Below are positions 52,549 through 64,000 of a stretch of DNA of 64,000 nucleotides, in pieces. The notes beneath the pieces were generated by a model. It searched no databases. It was not told the origin of the DNA and saw only the letters and a program-made list of their open reading frames with translations. Both the position numbers and the translations under genes were made by a program. Within the stretch, counting starts at the first letter, position 1. Every line of letters starts with the position of its first letter. The DNA comes from Squalus acanthias (Eukaryota): contig CM059431.1 in NCBI GenBank assembly GCA_030390025.1, positions 127,784,001 through 127,848,000 of the forward strand, written 5' to 3'.

Positions 52549-55420
52549 ATGGGGGCTGTACTGGCAGTCGACCTCGCCCTCCAGGATCTACGGCGGAGGG
52601 AGCGCAGGCAGTGAGAAAGATTGGAACATGTGGCCTATAAGGGCTTCGGTGTCGTGCTTGTATCGCAGACGGTGCTGGTGCGGGGTTAGGCCTTCGTTGC
52701 CTAATACTATTGCTTGCTCTGGTCTCCGGCCAGCCTTGTTGCAATAAGCACCTGTGAGTGGTTCGACCCGCTCGCCCTTACGGTTCTAACACTGGACTTA
52801 GGTGCGAGAGCAGTAATGCAGAGAAAAACTCAAATAGACCCGGTTGAATAGTACAAAATGGAAATCTTTATTGCATAACGTCCAAAATCATGAAGTACAT
52901 GTCATAGGCACAAATTAACGATAGTACAAGTACACATACATTCATAAAGCTTGGACTATGGTAATGAAGAACGCACGGCACATCGTAAAAAGGGGAACAC
53001 ATTATACTTTATCCTTAATAAAACCACCCTCCCCTATCAATACCTACACTACGTCTAGATTTGTAGGATCGGGAAACATGCTCACCACTCGTGATACTTC
53101 GGAGAATTTTAAAGTGAGGCGCTCGGCTCGTTTCGCTGCAGCGCCTGACTGTCATGTGTTTTGAGGGGTCTCTGTACCCCACTTGTTTACTTTCGCTGCT
53201 GCTGCAAGCAGGCTGGGCTTCCCGTTGTCATGAAGAACTCGACAGTGCTCGGGCCCGGTTCGAAGATGAGTCTTCCTGTGTCCGACACCGGTTGCCGGTA
53301 GAATTCAAAGAAGAGTCTTTGACCAGTTCGTGCAGTAACCTGTAGAGTTCAAAAATGGTCCATATATTTTCGAGCGCGGTCGGGGTTTACTGACCGTGGC
53401 GGCATGTGGATTCTTCTTCTTCTCTTCTCATCTCATCTCATCTCGTCTCTTCGGGCCTTCGGGTCCAGAACACCGTTTACCGACGCTCGGGATGGTGCAC
53501 CCGGTTACCGGCCTTCGTCGAGGCGGCTCGTTCCGTTCGAGCTCCACCCAACATTCGAATAACCGTCCAGTGCGGCTAAAAGTCCAGAGTCAACAGTCCA
53601 GAGAAACAAGAGCACGAATCAAGCGAATAAGAATCGAATCAAGGGAGTAAGAGAATAAGAGCCGAATCAAGAGCATAAGCCCGAGTCAAGAGTCCGCAGA
53701 GATAAGGGTCGGTTCAAGCGAATAAGCCCCCGATGGACATTTGTTCACTATAATTATAGTGCTGTGTTCCCTTATCTCCCGCTCAAATCTTAATGTTTGT
53801 CCTTTGTGAAATGCTGGTGCACAAAACTCCCAGCATGGGGCGATTCTCTTCTTTAACGGGTTTCGGTAGCACTTGAAGCTGGCCAACTACTCGTTAATGT
53901 TTTCCCCATTGTCGAACTGGCTAGGAGTCTCCCTGACTGGGTTTGGGGCCTCCTCGAATACTGACTTAATCACCCGAGAATGGCTCTCTCATTGTAGAGC
54001 CGTGGGGGTATTTGTGTATTGATGTGTCTGGATGGGCCTTCGATTGCCCAGTACAATGGTCCTTACTTGTACATGGAAAACGATTCCAGCACTCATATCT
54101 TTTGCTATTGTCACAAATGCAAACAGGTTGCATCCTGTCTTTATCAGTGTTTGCTGAGTATTATCCAATCTTATACTGAAATGTATATTCTAACGCCATC
54201 TTGTCTGCCCACTGAAATTCTGGAAGCTTCTGCCACGATGCGTGGCGGCCATTTTACAGGCTTCTGTGTCCTGTTTAATCATGACAGCATTTCGTTTAAA
54301 TAAACTGATCAAATGAATCTGCTTCTATCTCGTTATTTTGAATTGCGATAATTGCGAAACTTTACAGGCCAGAGGGAGGAGGAGGGCCATCAGGGCTCTT
54401 AATAGGAGGCCTTACCCTCCGAGGGTATTCCGAGAGCACTTCTCTTACCTCCAGTTAAACGAGGTGCAGTGTATTAGAAGACTCCACTTCAGCAAGGAGG
54501 TGGTCACAGAACTCTGCCACCACCTGCAACCAGACCCCGAGCCTCAGATCAGGTCGACCACGGCTCTCTCAGTAGCAGTCAAGGTCACCGTTGCCCTCAA
54601 TTTATTTACCAGCGGATCCTTCCAGTCTACAACAGGAGATATAGCGAACATCTCGCAGTTCGCTGTCCATCGCTGAATCCAGGAGGTCACTGAGGCTCAC
54701 TACAGTAGGAGAAGGGACTACATTTTCTTGCACATCACTAGAGAGAAGCAGGACGAACATGCATGTGGCTTTGCCAGGATAGTGGGCTTGCCATGGTGCA
54801 GGGCGCCATTGACTGCACCCATGTGGCTTTGCGGACACCGCATAACAATCCTGAGATATTCCGTTTCCGCAAAGGCTACCACTCACTTAATGTGCAGTTG
54901 GTGTGCAACCAAAGACAGTGAATCCTCAATGTGAAAGCCCGCTATCCTGGCAGCAGCCACACCTTCATCCTGCACCAGACTCTTCCAGCCACCACATCAA
55001 GCTCGCGGCTGGCTGGTCGGAGACAAGGGTTATCTGCTGTCCACCTGGCTCATGAATCCCCTCCGCAACCCCAACATTCCTGCTCAGCACTCATATAATG
55101 AGAGCCATGCTGCCACCAAAAGCATCATTCAGCAGATCATTGGGGTGCTCAAGCAACGGTTCCACTACCTTGACCGCTCGGGAGGAGCCCTCCAGTACTC
55201 GGCTGAGTGGGTGTCCTATTTTGCCGTGGTCAGCTGCTTGCTCCACAACTTGGCCATCATGAGGGCCCAGCCCTTGCCACCAGGGATTGCAGGACCACCT
55301 CAGGAGGAGGAAGAGGAAGATGAGGAGGAGGAGGAACAGGAGCGAGGGAGGAGGCAGCCACTCAATCGGCCTTCCGGAAGGGCGGTCAGTGACCGCCTCA
55401 TCAGACTGCGGTTCCAATAA
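52549..55420 (+). pseudogene. HARBI1-like (DDE_Tnp_4-type) transposase, interrupted by LTR 52636-54366, with stops and frameshifts
   Basis: MGAVLAVD...EHVA|RGRRRA in frame across the [39 protein letters not shown]. Confidence 0.92.
52636..54366 (-). mobile_element. Solo LTR copy 1 (1731 bp)
   Basis: TATAAG...TTTACA ends (TG mutated to TA), 4-bp TSD GGCC; AATAAA on minus near 52867-52872; homologous to 57288-58919. Confidence 0.85.
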
Positions 55421-55569
55421 TTAAACCCCAGATCCCCGTTGGCACCACATCCCCATCATACCATCCCTGTCACAGGCCATATCACAATGCAAAGTTGAAA
55501 TGAGAGACACCACAAAATAATCCAAAGCCAATTAATAAACTTATCAATAATCAGTGAACACATATTTAC

Positions 55570-58500
55570 AACAACAATATTAACTATTCAGCCTTGTGCA
55601 ATCCCTTAGTGCCTCTCGTTACTGTGCCTTTGCCTACTCTACTGCTCCTACAAAGTGTTGACCCAGTGGCTGCAGCAGCGCTGGTGGAAGGCTGTGAGTG
55701 TCCATGCGGGAGACTTCAGATGGCCTTGCAGGACGCCCTCTACCAACTCTGGGCCTGTAGACTGCACCACCTCAGCATGGGCGGCAGCAGTCTGGGCTGG
55801 CTGGATGACAGGCAATGAGAAGGGCAATGGTGGAGTGCCAGTGGTGGGAGCAGGAATGCTGTCATCCCGAGAGAGGACAGCAGGTTCCTGCTCCACTGAC
55901 CCACTGCCACTCCCCCAGGGCAGCACCTCAGCATCCCTAGCAATCTGGTGGAGCACAGATTGCTGGCCTACTGCAACACTGAAAGCCCCGGTCGACAGTG
56001 GTAGACCCAGCCACGATGGCAGCAGCCAGAGCTTGCGTGGCATCAAGCTGAGTTTGTATGAGAGCAGTCTGAGATTGAATGCCACCAAGCATAGACTGCA
56101 TTACAGCACTAAGACATTGCATCACTTTTGCCTGTGCTGCAATGGAAGCTGCCAGATCACCCATCACACGTGGCATCAGGTCTGGGTCACCACGGTCTCT
56201 CTGGGAGTCTACCATCCTTTGCACAGTGCTAATGATGGGCTCCATGGTGTGCGCAGAGCTCTATGCAATGTTGGAGGTGGACTCCTCCATGCTCCTTATC
56301 ATTGCCGAAAGGCTCTCGGGCACTCTTGCCATTGCACCTATCATCTCGGTGTGCATGCCCCTCACCCTTCTTCTAAAGGCCTTCCCATCGAGGTCCTCAT
56401 CTGAGTCCTGTGCAGCAGATCTCATGCGCGAACTCGCCCTCCAGGGAGCTGGCCCCTGAGCTACCCTTTCCCTTGCTGCAGCCGCTTGTCCACGGTGCAT
56501 CACCCTGTGCAGATCCCGCTACTATACTTGCCTCTAAAGAATGTGCAGTGCCAGTATCTGAGCTGGTGCCTGCGGGTGAGACATGCAGTGACATGGTTTC
56601 ATTTTCCTCCTCCTCTTCTCCTGCCTCGCTCTCAACGGTACCCTCAGGGACAGGCTGCTCTGATGCTTGCTGATTATCTGAAAGCATAAAGGCACAAGAG
56701 TCGTGTTAAGGTGAGGCGAGGGGGGCAGGAAGGGAGAAATGCTTGCATACAGCACGATTAGCTGGGAAGTACAAATGTCTTGTGGGGTGAGGGGGAAGTG
56801 GGATGTGAGAAGAAGGAGTAGGGATGAACATACCATTATTGTCCCCAAGGGGGTCAACATTGCCGGTGGCCATGGTGCCCACCAACTGGCCCCCAATCAT
56901 CTGCAGCACTCGAGTTTCTAGCTCAGACAGTGGTTGGGTGTCAGCTTGTCCTCCGCCTGTGCGCTCCTGCTTCCTCCTGTTGTGAGCCACCTTGGCCTGC
57001 AAGAGAAAGGAAAGTGTGTGAGTGAGTGTGGAGCAATGTGTTTGGGTGATGTGCCTGCCATAGTTGAATAGCTGTCACTGTGTGCAAGGTGTGAGATGTG
57101 GGTGTGAGTGTTGGTAGGTAGAGATTGTTGGTGGGTGAGTGCTGGGGTATGGTGCTTTTGGCAATGTGTGAAGATTGTGGTTCAGATGGTGATATGTAGC
57201 ATTTGTTGAAGCATTGACTCACCCTGACCATGAGTGAGGTCGTTAAATTTCTTCCTGCACTGTGTATTGGTTCTGGGGACCACAGTGTGTAAGGGGTTCC
57301 GCGTGGCTCTGTGCTTAGCCTGGGTGCTAGTGCGGGGTTAGGCCTTGTTGCCTGTTCTGGTCTCCAGCCAGCCTGGTGACACTAGACACCTGTGAGTGGT
57401 TCGACCCACTCGCCCTTACGGTTCTGACACTGGACTTAGGTGCGAGAGCAATAATGCAGAGAAAAACTCAGGTAGACCCGGTTGAATAGTGCGAAATGGA
57501 AAATCTTTATTGCATATTATTCAAGATTACGAAATACATGTCATAAGCACAGATTAATGACAGTACAAACTTACATACATTTATGCAACTAGGTTTAGGG
57601 AAACGAGGAGCGCACGACACATCGTAAAAGGGGACACACATTATAATTATCCTTAAAACATAAACCCTCCCCTATCAATGCCTGTCCTAATCTAGATCTG
57701 TAGGATTGAGACTCATGCTCATCACTCGTGATAACTCGGAGAATTCCGAAACGCTGCTCGGATGTTTTCACCACAGCACCTGACTATCCACGTGTTGATC
57801 AGAGTCTCTGTACCCCACTTGTTTACTCGCTTCTGCTCCGGCTAGCAGGCTGGATCGTCTGTTGTCATGAAGATCTGTGTTGACCTCGGAACTCTGATAA
57901 AACTCAAAGAAGAGTCTCCCTATGCCCGGCACCAGTTAGCCGGTAAAATTCAAAGAAGAGTCTTTCTGGACCGACACCAGTTGTGGAGTAGCCGATAGAA
58001 TTCGAAGAAATGGTTAATCGATTTTTGGGCGCGGTCAGGGTTTACTGACCGCGGCGGCACGTGTAGTCGTCTTCTTCTCTTCTCATCTCATCTCATCTCA
58101 TCTCCTCTCGGGCCTTCGGTTCCAACACCGTTTACCGACTTCTCGGGATGGTGCGCCCGCTTACCAGGCCTTCGCAGTCCAGCTCTCCACAGATCTTCGC
58201 GGCAAGCCACGAGGTTGACTCCCGGAAAATCAGCGGATCAGAGAATGAGAGTCCAGAGCTCCAGTCGGTGGTAAAAAGAATAAGAGAAAGATGGACGTTT
58301 GGACACTACAGTTTATAGTACTGTAATTCCTTATCTCCCGCCCAATCTAAATGTTCATCTTTTGTCATGTTTTGGCGCTCAAACTTCTTGTATGGGGTGG
58401 TACTTGTCGTTAATGGGTTTCGGTGACACTTGTAACTGTCTGAGTACCCGTTAATATTTCTCCCATTGTGGAACCGGCTAGTAGTCTCCCTGGAGGGGTT

Positions 58501-59095
58501 TTGGGGGCTTCCAAATGCTTGCTGTGAGTACCCGCGAACGGCTCTCTCATCGTAGAGCCGTGGGGATTTTGCATATCAATGTCTTTGGATGGGTCCTTGA
58601 TCGCCCAGTACAATAGCCCTCGTTTGTACCTGGAAGACCGATTCCAGTATTTATGTTTAAAATGCAAACCCATCGCGTCTTGTCATTAACTCAAATGTGC
58701 TGAGTCCTGTCCGATCTTGCTGAAATGTTTATTGAAACGCCATCTTGTCTGCCCACTGAAAGTCTAGAACCTTCTGCCACGCGGCGTGGCGGCCATTTTA
58801 CAGGCTGCTTGTGTCCTTTTTGAAACATGACAGCATTTTGCTGAAATAAAGCTGTTTATACGAAACTTTATGTCTCCTTCTTATTATTATAAAATCGCGA
58901 TAATTTTGCGAATTCTACAAGTGCTGCCCGAGACTTGCTGGGCTACCTCCTTCCACATGGTGCGGAACACTTGGTCCTCCTGCCACTTGCCAGGTAGAGC
59001 ACCGCCCTCCGTCTTTCCACTATGAACACGAATGTCTCCAATGCATGGTCGCAGAATATGCGGGCTCTCTCCCTGGGGCGTGGATCTGCCATCAT
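55570..59095 (-). pseudogene. Harbinger Myb/SANT gene, 3 exons; exon 1 interrupted by LTR 57288-58919; exon 2 56834-56996; exon 3 from ~56677
   Basis: MMADPRPRERARIFCDHALE...WEEVAQQVSGS|TVVPRTNTQCRKKFNDL; donors gtgagt and gtatgt; acceptors ttgcag and tttcag. Confidence 0.88.
57288..58919 (-). mobile_element. Solo LTR copy 2 (1632 bp)
   Basis: TGTAAG...TCTACA ends, 4-bp TSD AGTG; empty site confirmed by element F at ~35735. Confidence 0.88.
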
Positions 59096-59747
59096 TATGG
59101 CTGCTTGAGTCGTCCGGCTCCTTCTCCTTGACTTGCTGCTGCTGGCTGAGATGGCTGCACAGTCAGCAATGATGAGAATGAGGTCCTGCAGCATCAATGA
59201 ACCTTCCCTTTATGAATTGGAAAGAGCCTGTGGCAATGATGACTTGTGATTAGACTGCACCTGATATTGGTCAGCGCTTCGAGTTTAATGCAACTGAGCT
59301 AGGCCATTAATGCTTGATTTAGCTCTTCAATCCTTTCTTTGTGCAATGAGACTGAATTTTGCATGCAGTCTGAAGCATTAGCGCCTGGCACTAATTCTCA
59401 AACTTTTCAGAAGTTACCGCCCATTCCTGGGCTATAATGAATTTCTCCCCCATAGTAAATGTAAGACATTCCATAGACAGTGCTAATGTATGAAAAAATC
59501 AAAAACGTGGTTGATTGCATAACTCTGAAGTAAGAAGGCAACTTATCTATCCAATTTCTCTTCTCTTACGCTTTCTTTGTAAGACTCCTGTGGGAAATAA
59601 ATTCTTAATTTCCTTTAATGTTAAATTCAGAAAGATATTTGACCAAAGTTGATGCATTGCATTATAGAGTTAATATCAAATCACAAATTGTATATAAAAG
59701 TGCACAGATATATTTGTAGTACTAGTAAGTTTAAAAAAAGTTATAAA

Positions 59748-60555
59748 CAACAAGTTGCATTTATTTAGTGACTTTAATGTAGTAAGATGTCTCAAGGTTC
59801 TTCGCAGGAGTGTAATCAGACAAAAATTGCCACTGAGCCAAAGATGAAGATATTAGGGTGGGTGACTAAAAGTTTGGTCAAAGAGCTTAAGCAGAATTTT
59901 AAAGAAAAAGAGATATGGAGAGGTGGAGAGGCAGCGAGGTTTAGGGAGGGAATTCCAGAGCTTAGGGCCTAGATGACTGAAGGCACAACTGTCAATGGTA
60001 GATGAAGGGAGTGGGGGATGTACAGAGTTGTAGATCAGCAGAGAACTTGGAGGGGTTGTAAAGCTGGAGAAGGTTACATAGATAGGGATGTGCGAGGCCA
60101 GGAAGGAATTTTGATACGAGGATGAGAATTTTAAAATCGAGTTATTTCTGGACCCGGTGCCAATATAGGTCAGTGAGCACAAGGGTGATGGGTGATCGTT
60201 ACTTGGTGTGAGTTAGGATATGGGTAGCAGAGTTTTGGATGAGCTCCAAGATTATGAAGGGTGGAAAATGGGAGGCTAGCCAGGAGAGCATTGGAGTAGT
60301 TGAGTCTGGCGGTAACAAAAGCATGGATAAGGGCTTCAGCAGTTGATAAGCTGAGGCAGAAGCAGAGATGGGCAATGTTATGTAGGTGGAAGTAGGCAGT
60401 ATTTGTGATGGAGAAGATGTGGGGTCAAAAGCTCAGCTCAGCATCATATAGGATGCCAAAATTGCGAACAATCTGGTTTTGCCTGAGACAGTGGCCAGGG
60501 AGGGGATACAATCGATGGGTAGAGAACAGAGTTTGTGTCGGGGGCTGAAGATGAT
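59748..60555 (-). mobile_element. L2 3' fragment, degenerate
   Basis: Reverse complement resembles 6090-6900 (AFSHLGPKLWNSLP); AAC tail. Confidence 0.85.
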
Positions 60556-60659
60556 CCACATACTGATTTTAATTTTTTTTAGATATGAACAATAATTGCA
60601 AGCCAAATTCAGAAATAAAAATTTACCAAATTAGATCATTCAGGTTACTTCATAAATTC

Positions 60660-60770
60660 TGACTACCTAACAACAGCGGCTGCACTTCAAAATAATTACT
60701 CGGTTGTGAAGCAATTGGGAACACCTTGAGAATGTGATAACGTGTTTATTAAATGCAGGTTTTTTCTGAA
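60660..60770 (+). mobile_element. SINE/L2-like tail remnant
   Basis: GCACTTCAAAA...TGTGAAGCAATTGGGA...TAAATGCAGGTTTTT. Confidence 0.45.
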
Positions 60771-61154
60771 TACATTTTTTAATCTTTTGGTAGCAAAATG
60801 CAGCATCAGAATTAGGCGCCAATAGTAGCAGATGAACACTTAACATATTCTGGTATTTTAGCACAGGTCCAAACCCAATTAAAATAAATATGTTTTAATG
60901 CCTCAGTTAAAACAGCAGCAGTGTTAAATGTTAAATGTTTGTCTAGTATCACCAGTGGTGGGTGTCATATGAGCAGCAATTTCCAGGCTTATTTTTTTAA
61001 TTACAGAATTTAAAAATGGAGTAGTTTATTCAATCTTATTGAATTCTAAACTGTTTAAAATTAAACTGTATTAGTCAAGTAAATACGCAACGTGTGGCTT
61101 TGCTAGACTATCCTAGGGTTTTAGGGAGAGATTTTGTGGTATGTTTGCAGATTT

Positions 61155-61290
61155 CATAGTATTGCATAGTATTTACAGGACAGAAACAGGCCATTTGGCT
61201 CAACAGGTCTATGTTGGTGTCTATCCTCCACACGAGCCTCCGCCCATCTTACTTCATCTTACCTTATCAACATATCCTTCTGTTCCTTTC
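61155..61290 (-). mobile_element. CR1-type tail fragment
   Basis: ACAGAAACAGGCCATTTGGCTCAAC motif. Confidence 0.55.
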
Positions 61291-61291
61291 T

Positions 61292-61905
61292 CTGCATTGG
61301 GGAGACCAAACGCAGATTGGGTGATGGCTTTGCGGAACACCTCTGTTCAGTCCACAAGCGTGACCCCGAGCTTTTGGTCACCTGTTATTTTAATTCTCCG
61401 CACCACTCCCACTCTGACCTCTTTGTCCTCGGTCTCCTACACTGTTCCAATGAAGCTCAACGTAAGCTCGAGGAACAGCACCTCATCTGTTGATTAGGCA
61501 TTTTACAGCCTTCCAGACTCAACATTGAGTTCAACAATTTCAAATCATAACCACTGCCTCCAATTTTTTGGGCAGCAGCTGTTGGTAATGGTTCTGCTGT
61601 TCCCATTTACACCTCCTCTAGACCAATCTTTTGTTTCCTTACTTCTCCCATTACCACCCCCTTTGCCTTGCACCATTATCCCCTTTCTCATTTAATCTCT
61701 CCTGTCTTCCACCCTATCACAGACCTTCCCTTTTGTTCTTTCCTCCCCTCCCCATTTTCCCTACTTCTGTACTTATTTAAAACCTGCTACATCTCTAACT
61801 TTTTCCAGTTCTGATAAAAAGTAATTGACCTGAAACGTTAACTCTGTTTGTCTCTCCACATATGCTGCCTGACTTTTGAGTATTCCCTGCATTTTCTGTT
61901 TTTAT
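61292..61905 (+). mobile_element. Penelope-like element 3' part (GIY-YIG endonuclease C-terminus and terminal repeat)
   Basis: IGETKRRLGDGFAEHL...RKLEEQHLI..LG.LQPSRLNIEF; hammerhead-like CTGATAA...GAAACG at 61811-61837. Confidence 0.85.
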
Positions 61906-62661
61906 TACCACAGTTCCATATGGTGTGTTACTACTGGAACAGAAAAGGTCATATCTCCTCTGAGTTTTCTAACTTTGACTCTTAAAGGTATGCTGAATGT
62001 TTTTCAGATGGTGAAGCAAAATATAGACCTGTCACATATTTAATCTATGAATTTTCCAAAATCAATTGTTATTTTGTGTGTGAAATTTAAATCTAAATGG
62101 GTTATTAATTGAGAAAACATTTATTTTCCGATAACTGACCAGTTGAGATGCACAATAAAGATATTTCTATCTCACATCCTATATCCTGTGTGGGCCACAA
62201 TGATAAAACTAATTTATGTCTACATAAGAATTATGTCAATATTTTGTTCCTTTATTACATATTAAAAATGCAAACTGAATATAAAGGTGGTTTTCAACAT
62301 GTGAATATTAATAAGAGATCATGACTGTATATATGGGATGTTAAAATCACCATCTAATAGACTTTGGGGACAACCATTTAATGTGTGATTATGGATATAT
62401 ATGGATCCCTTAAAATATTTATTTATAAACATTAGTTATTTGATATATGAAACAGGAATTCTGAGCTCACCCGTCTGGTACTTCATTAAACTCAGAAGTA
62501 CATCTAATGTGAGACTGAGAACAGGCCCAAAAATGATCTTTAGTAAACTGTTACTGATATCAAATTCAAACCTTCTGTCAATAGTGGAATTATAAGTTTC
62601 CTGACTGTTCATTCTGATTGTAAGCTGTTTCGATGATTGACGTTGGTAATGTAGGATCAAG

Positions 62662-62768
62662 GGGGTAGATTTTGAAGTCAATGGAAATAAAAATCAGGAG
62701 ACATGTAAAATGGGCTGTCGACTCGCTATCACCCATTTTACACTATCGCATAAGTCAAGATCCACCCC
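62662..62768. mobile_element. 107-bp Harbinger-type MITE
   Basis: TIR GGGGT(A/G)GAT(T/C)TTGA, TSD AAG/AAG. Confidence 0.75.
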
Positions 62769-62814
62769 AAGATGATGGCAGAGTGAAGAGCACACTTAAT
62801 TAACTCTAAAGTAA

Positions 62815-62944
62815 TCAGCTCTACCTCACCGCCACCTCTCTCAACCCCTCCACTGTCATTAAGTTGTCAGACTGCTTATCTCACATCCAGTACTGGATGA
62901 GAAGAAATTTCCTCCAACTAAATATTGGGAAGACCAAAGTAATT
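62815..62944 (+). mobile_element. L2 RT fragment interrupted by a Harbinger element
   Basis: QLYL...LSDCLSHIQYWMRRNFLQLNIGKTK. Confidence 0.8.
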
Positions 62945-64000
62945 GGCCGGAATTTTCTGGGGTCCGTGCGGGCGTGATTGGAGGTGGGTCAGGTGAGAAA
63001 TTTGAAAAAAGTTGGAGCGGGTCGGGAACCTGCTGTCATCCGTCCCCCATTCGTCTTTCCCTCAGCATGACTGCCAGTGCAGCAGCGACCTGACCAGCAG
63101 AGGCGAGCGGTCTAATTGATATCATTATCAGCTTGTTGTCAGACACTTAAGCACCTTTTTCTCCCTACCTTTCAAATTTCCCTGCATGCCCACGCAGCTC
63201 GGGAACCACATCTGTCAACCTGAGGCGGGAATTGCGTGACATTGCTCCAGCTGATTACTTGACAGCATCAAATATACTATTCCTCAGGCAGAAGCTGTTG
63301 CTAACTACATTGCCAGCACAGATTTATCTTTCTGCAGGCTGCAAGTGTTTTCAGCAAAGTCTCCATCCAGTGTCACCTCTCACCATTGACAGATTTCTTC
63401 TGTCAACTCAACTTGACATGCCATCAATTCCATCAGCATGGGTACCATTTATACTGTCTCACCTTGGTCTTCAGAATCTGACCACGATGAGCCCCAACAC
63501 CAGCAGCACCAGACACACCAGCAGCACCAACAACAACACCACCAACCTGCTCCGCAACCACCTGATGCTGCACAGGACAGAGAGCATCAGGACCTGAGCA
63601 CATTGCTGCCCGGGAGGCCAGGGATGGGCTCATCATGGCCAGATTTACTTACCTTTATGCTGTACACCCATATGGCTGCCACATGTTGCACCAGGTTGGC
63701 ACCACCCCACAGCAACACCATAAAGCCTCCCTACAATCACAGCACCATTGCTGGAGGTACCGTTAAGTCTCACCATTCACTGCAACTCACTAAGCCACTT
63801 CCAAAGATGCACACAAATTTCTCCAAGAACGGAAAGTGGTGAAAATAAAGATTTTTATTTTTGAGATCACATTAACGGAAACTTGACATTAACACTGAAT
63901 AAAACACTCAAGTGGCTACCCTTGTGAATCTACTTGTGTGTCATCTCTCTTTTTTACGAGGTGCTACCCCTCATGGATGACGTCATCAGACGCGCACCAT
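62945..64000. mobile_element. Harbinger family-D-related element in opposite orientation to 3252-5055, running towards the window end
   Basis: Starts GGCCGGAATTTTC; 63370-63920 resembles the reverse complement of ~4000-4570. Confidence 0.75.

Larger units (their letters stand above)
52090..59451. mobile_element. Near-complete PIF/Harbinger element G with two nested solo LTRs
   Basis: TIR GGGGGATAAACTCA vs GGGGGAGAAATTCA; flanks ATG/ATA; convergent transposase and Myb genes. Confidence 0.92.

Noticed and set aside
53606..53690. Short spaced repeats resembling a CRISPR array
   Set aside because: Degenerate 8-13-bp tandem units inside an LTR, no unique spacers, eukaryotic context
54338..55420. 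Domesticated host HARBI1 gene
   Set aside because: Lies between TIRs, has stops and frameshifts, has lost the Asp after PGSSH, and has Q at the expected catalytic E
52636..58919. A single LTR retrotransposon that captured Harbinger genes
   Set aside because: Each LTR has its own distinct TSD, the LTRs are visibly diverged, no PBS/PPT is seen, and Harbinger sequence continues outside both LTRs

Overview
Repeat-dense vertebrate genomic DNA, almost certainly elasmobranch (shark/ray), inferred from an HE1-like V-SINE, CR1/HER1-type tails and a Penelope-like GIY-YIG remnant. No host gene could be named; there are one moderately supported and two weak candidate exons on the minus strand. The window is dominated by (i) LINE remnants (CR1, L2, RTE, a second CR1-group family, Penelope) and SINEs carrying LINE-derived tails, and (ii) a PIF/Harbinger community: three bipartite elements with convergent HARBI1-like transposase and intron-containing Myb/SANT genes, two internally deleted or partial relatives, two very old decayed transposases and several MITE families whose ends match the larger elements. 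Highlights: a near-complete Harbinger (52090-59451) in which each gene is interrupted by an independent ~1.6-1.7 kb solo LTR of the same family; a palindromic Penelope-end element with two degenerate hammerhead-like cores (51221-51395); and an unexplained ~140-bp two-hairpin sequence duplicated 3.2 kb apart. All calls were made by eye; no searches or alignments were run.
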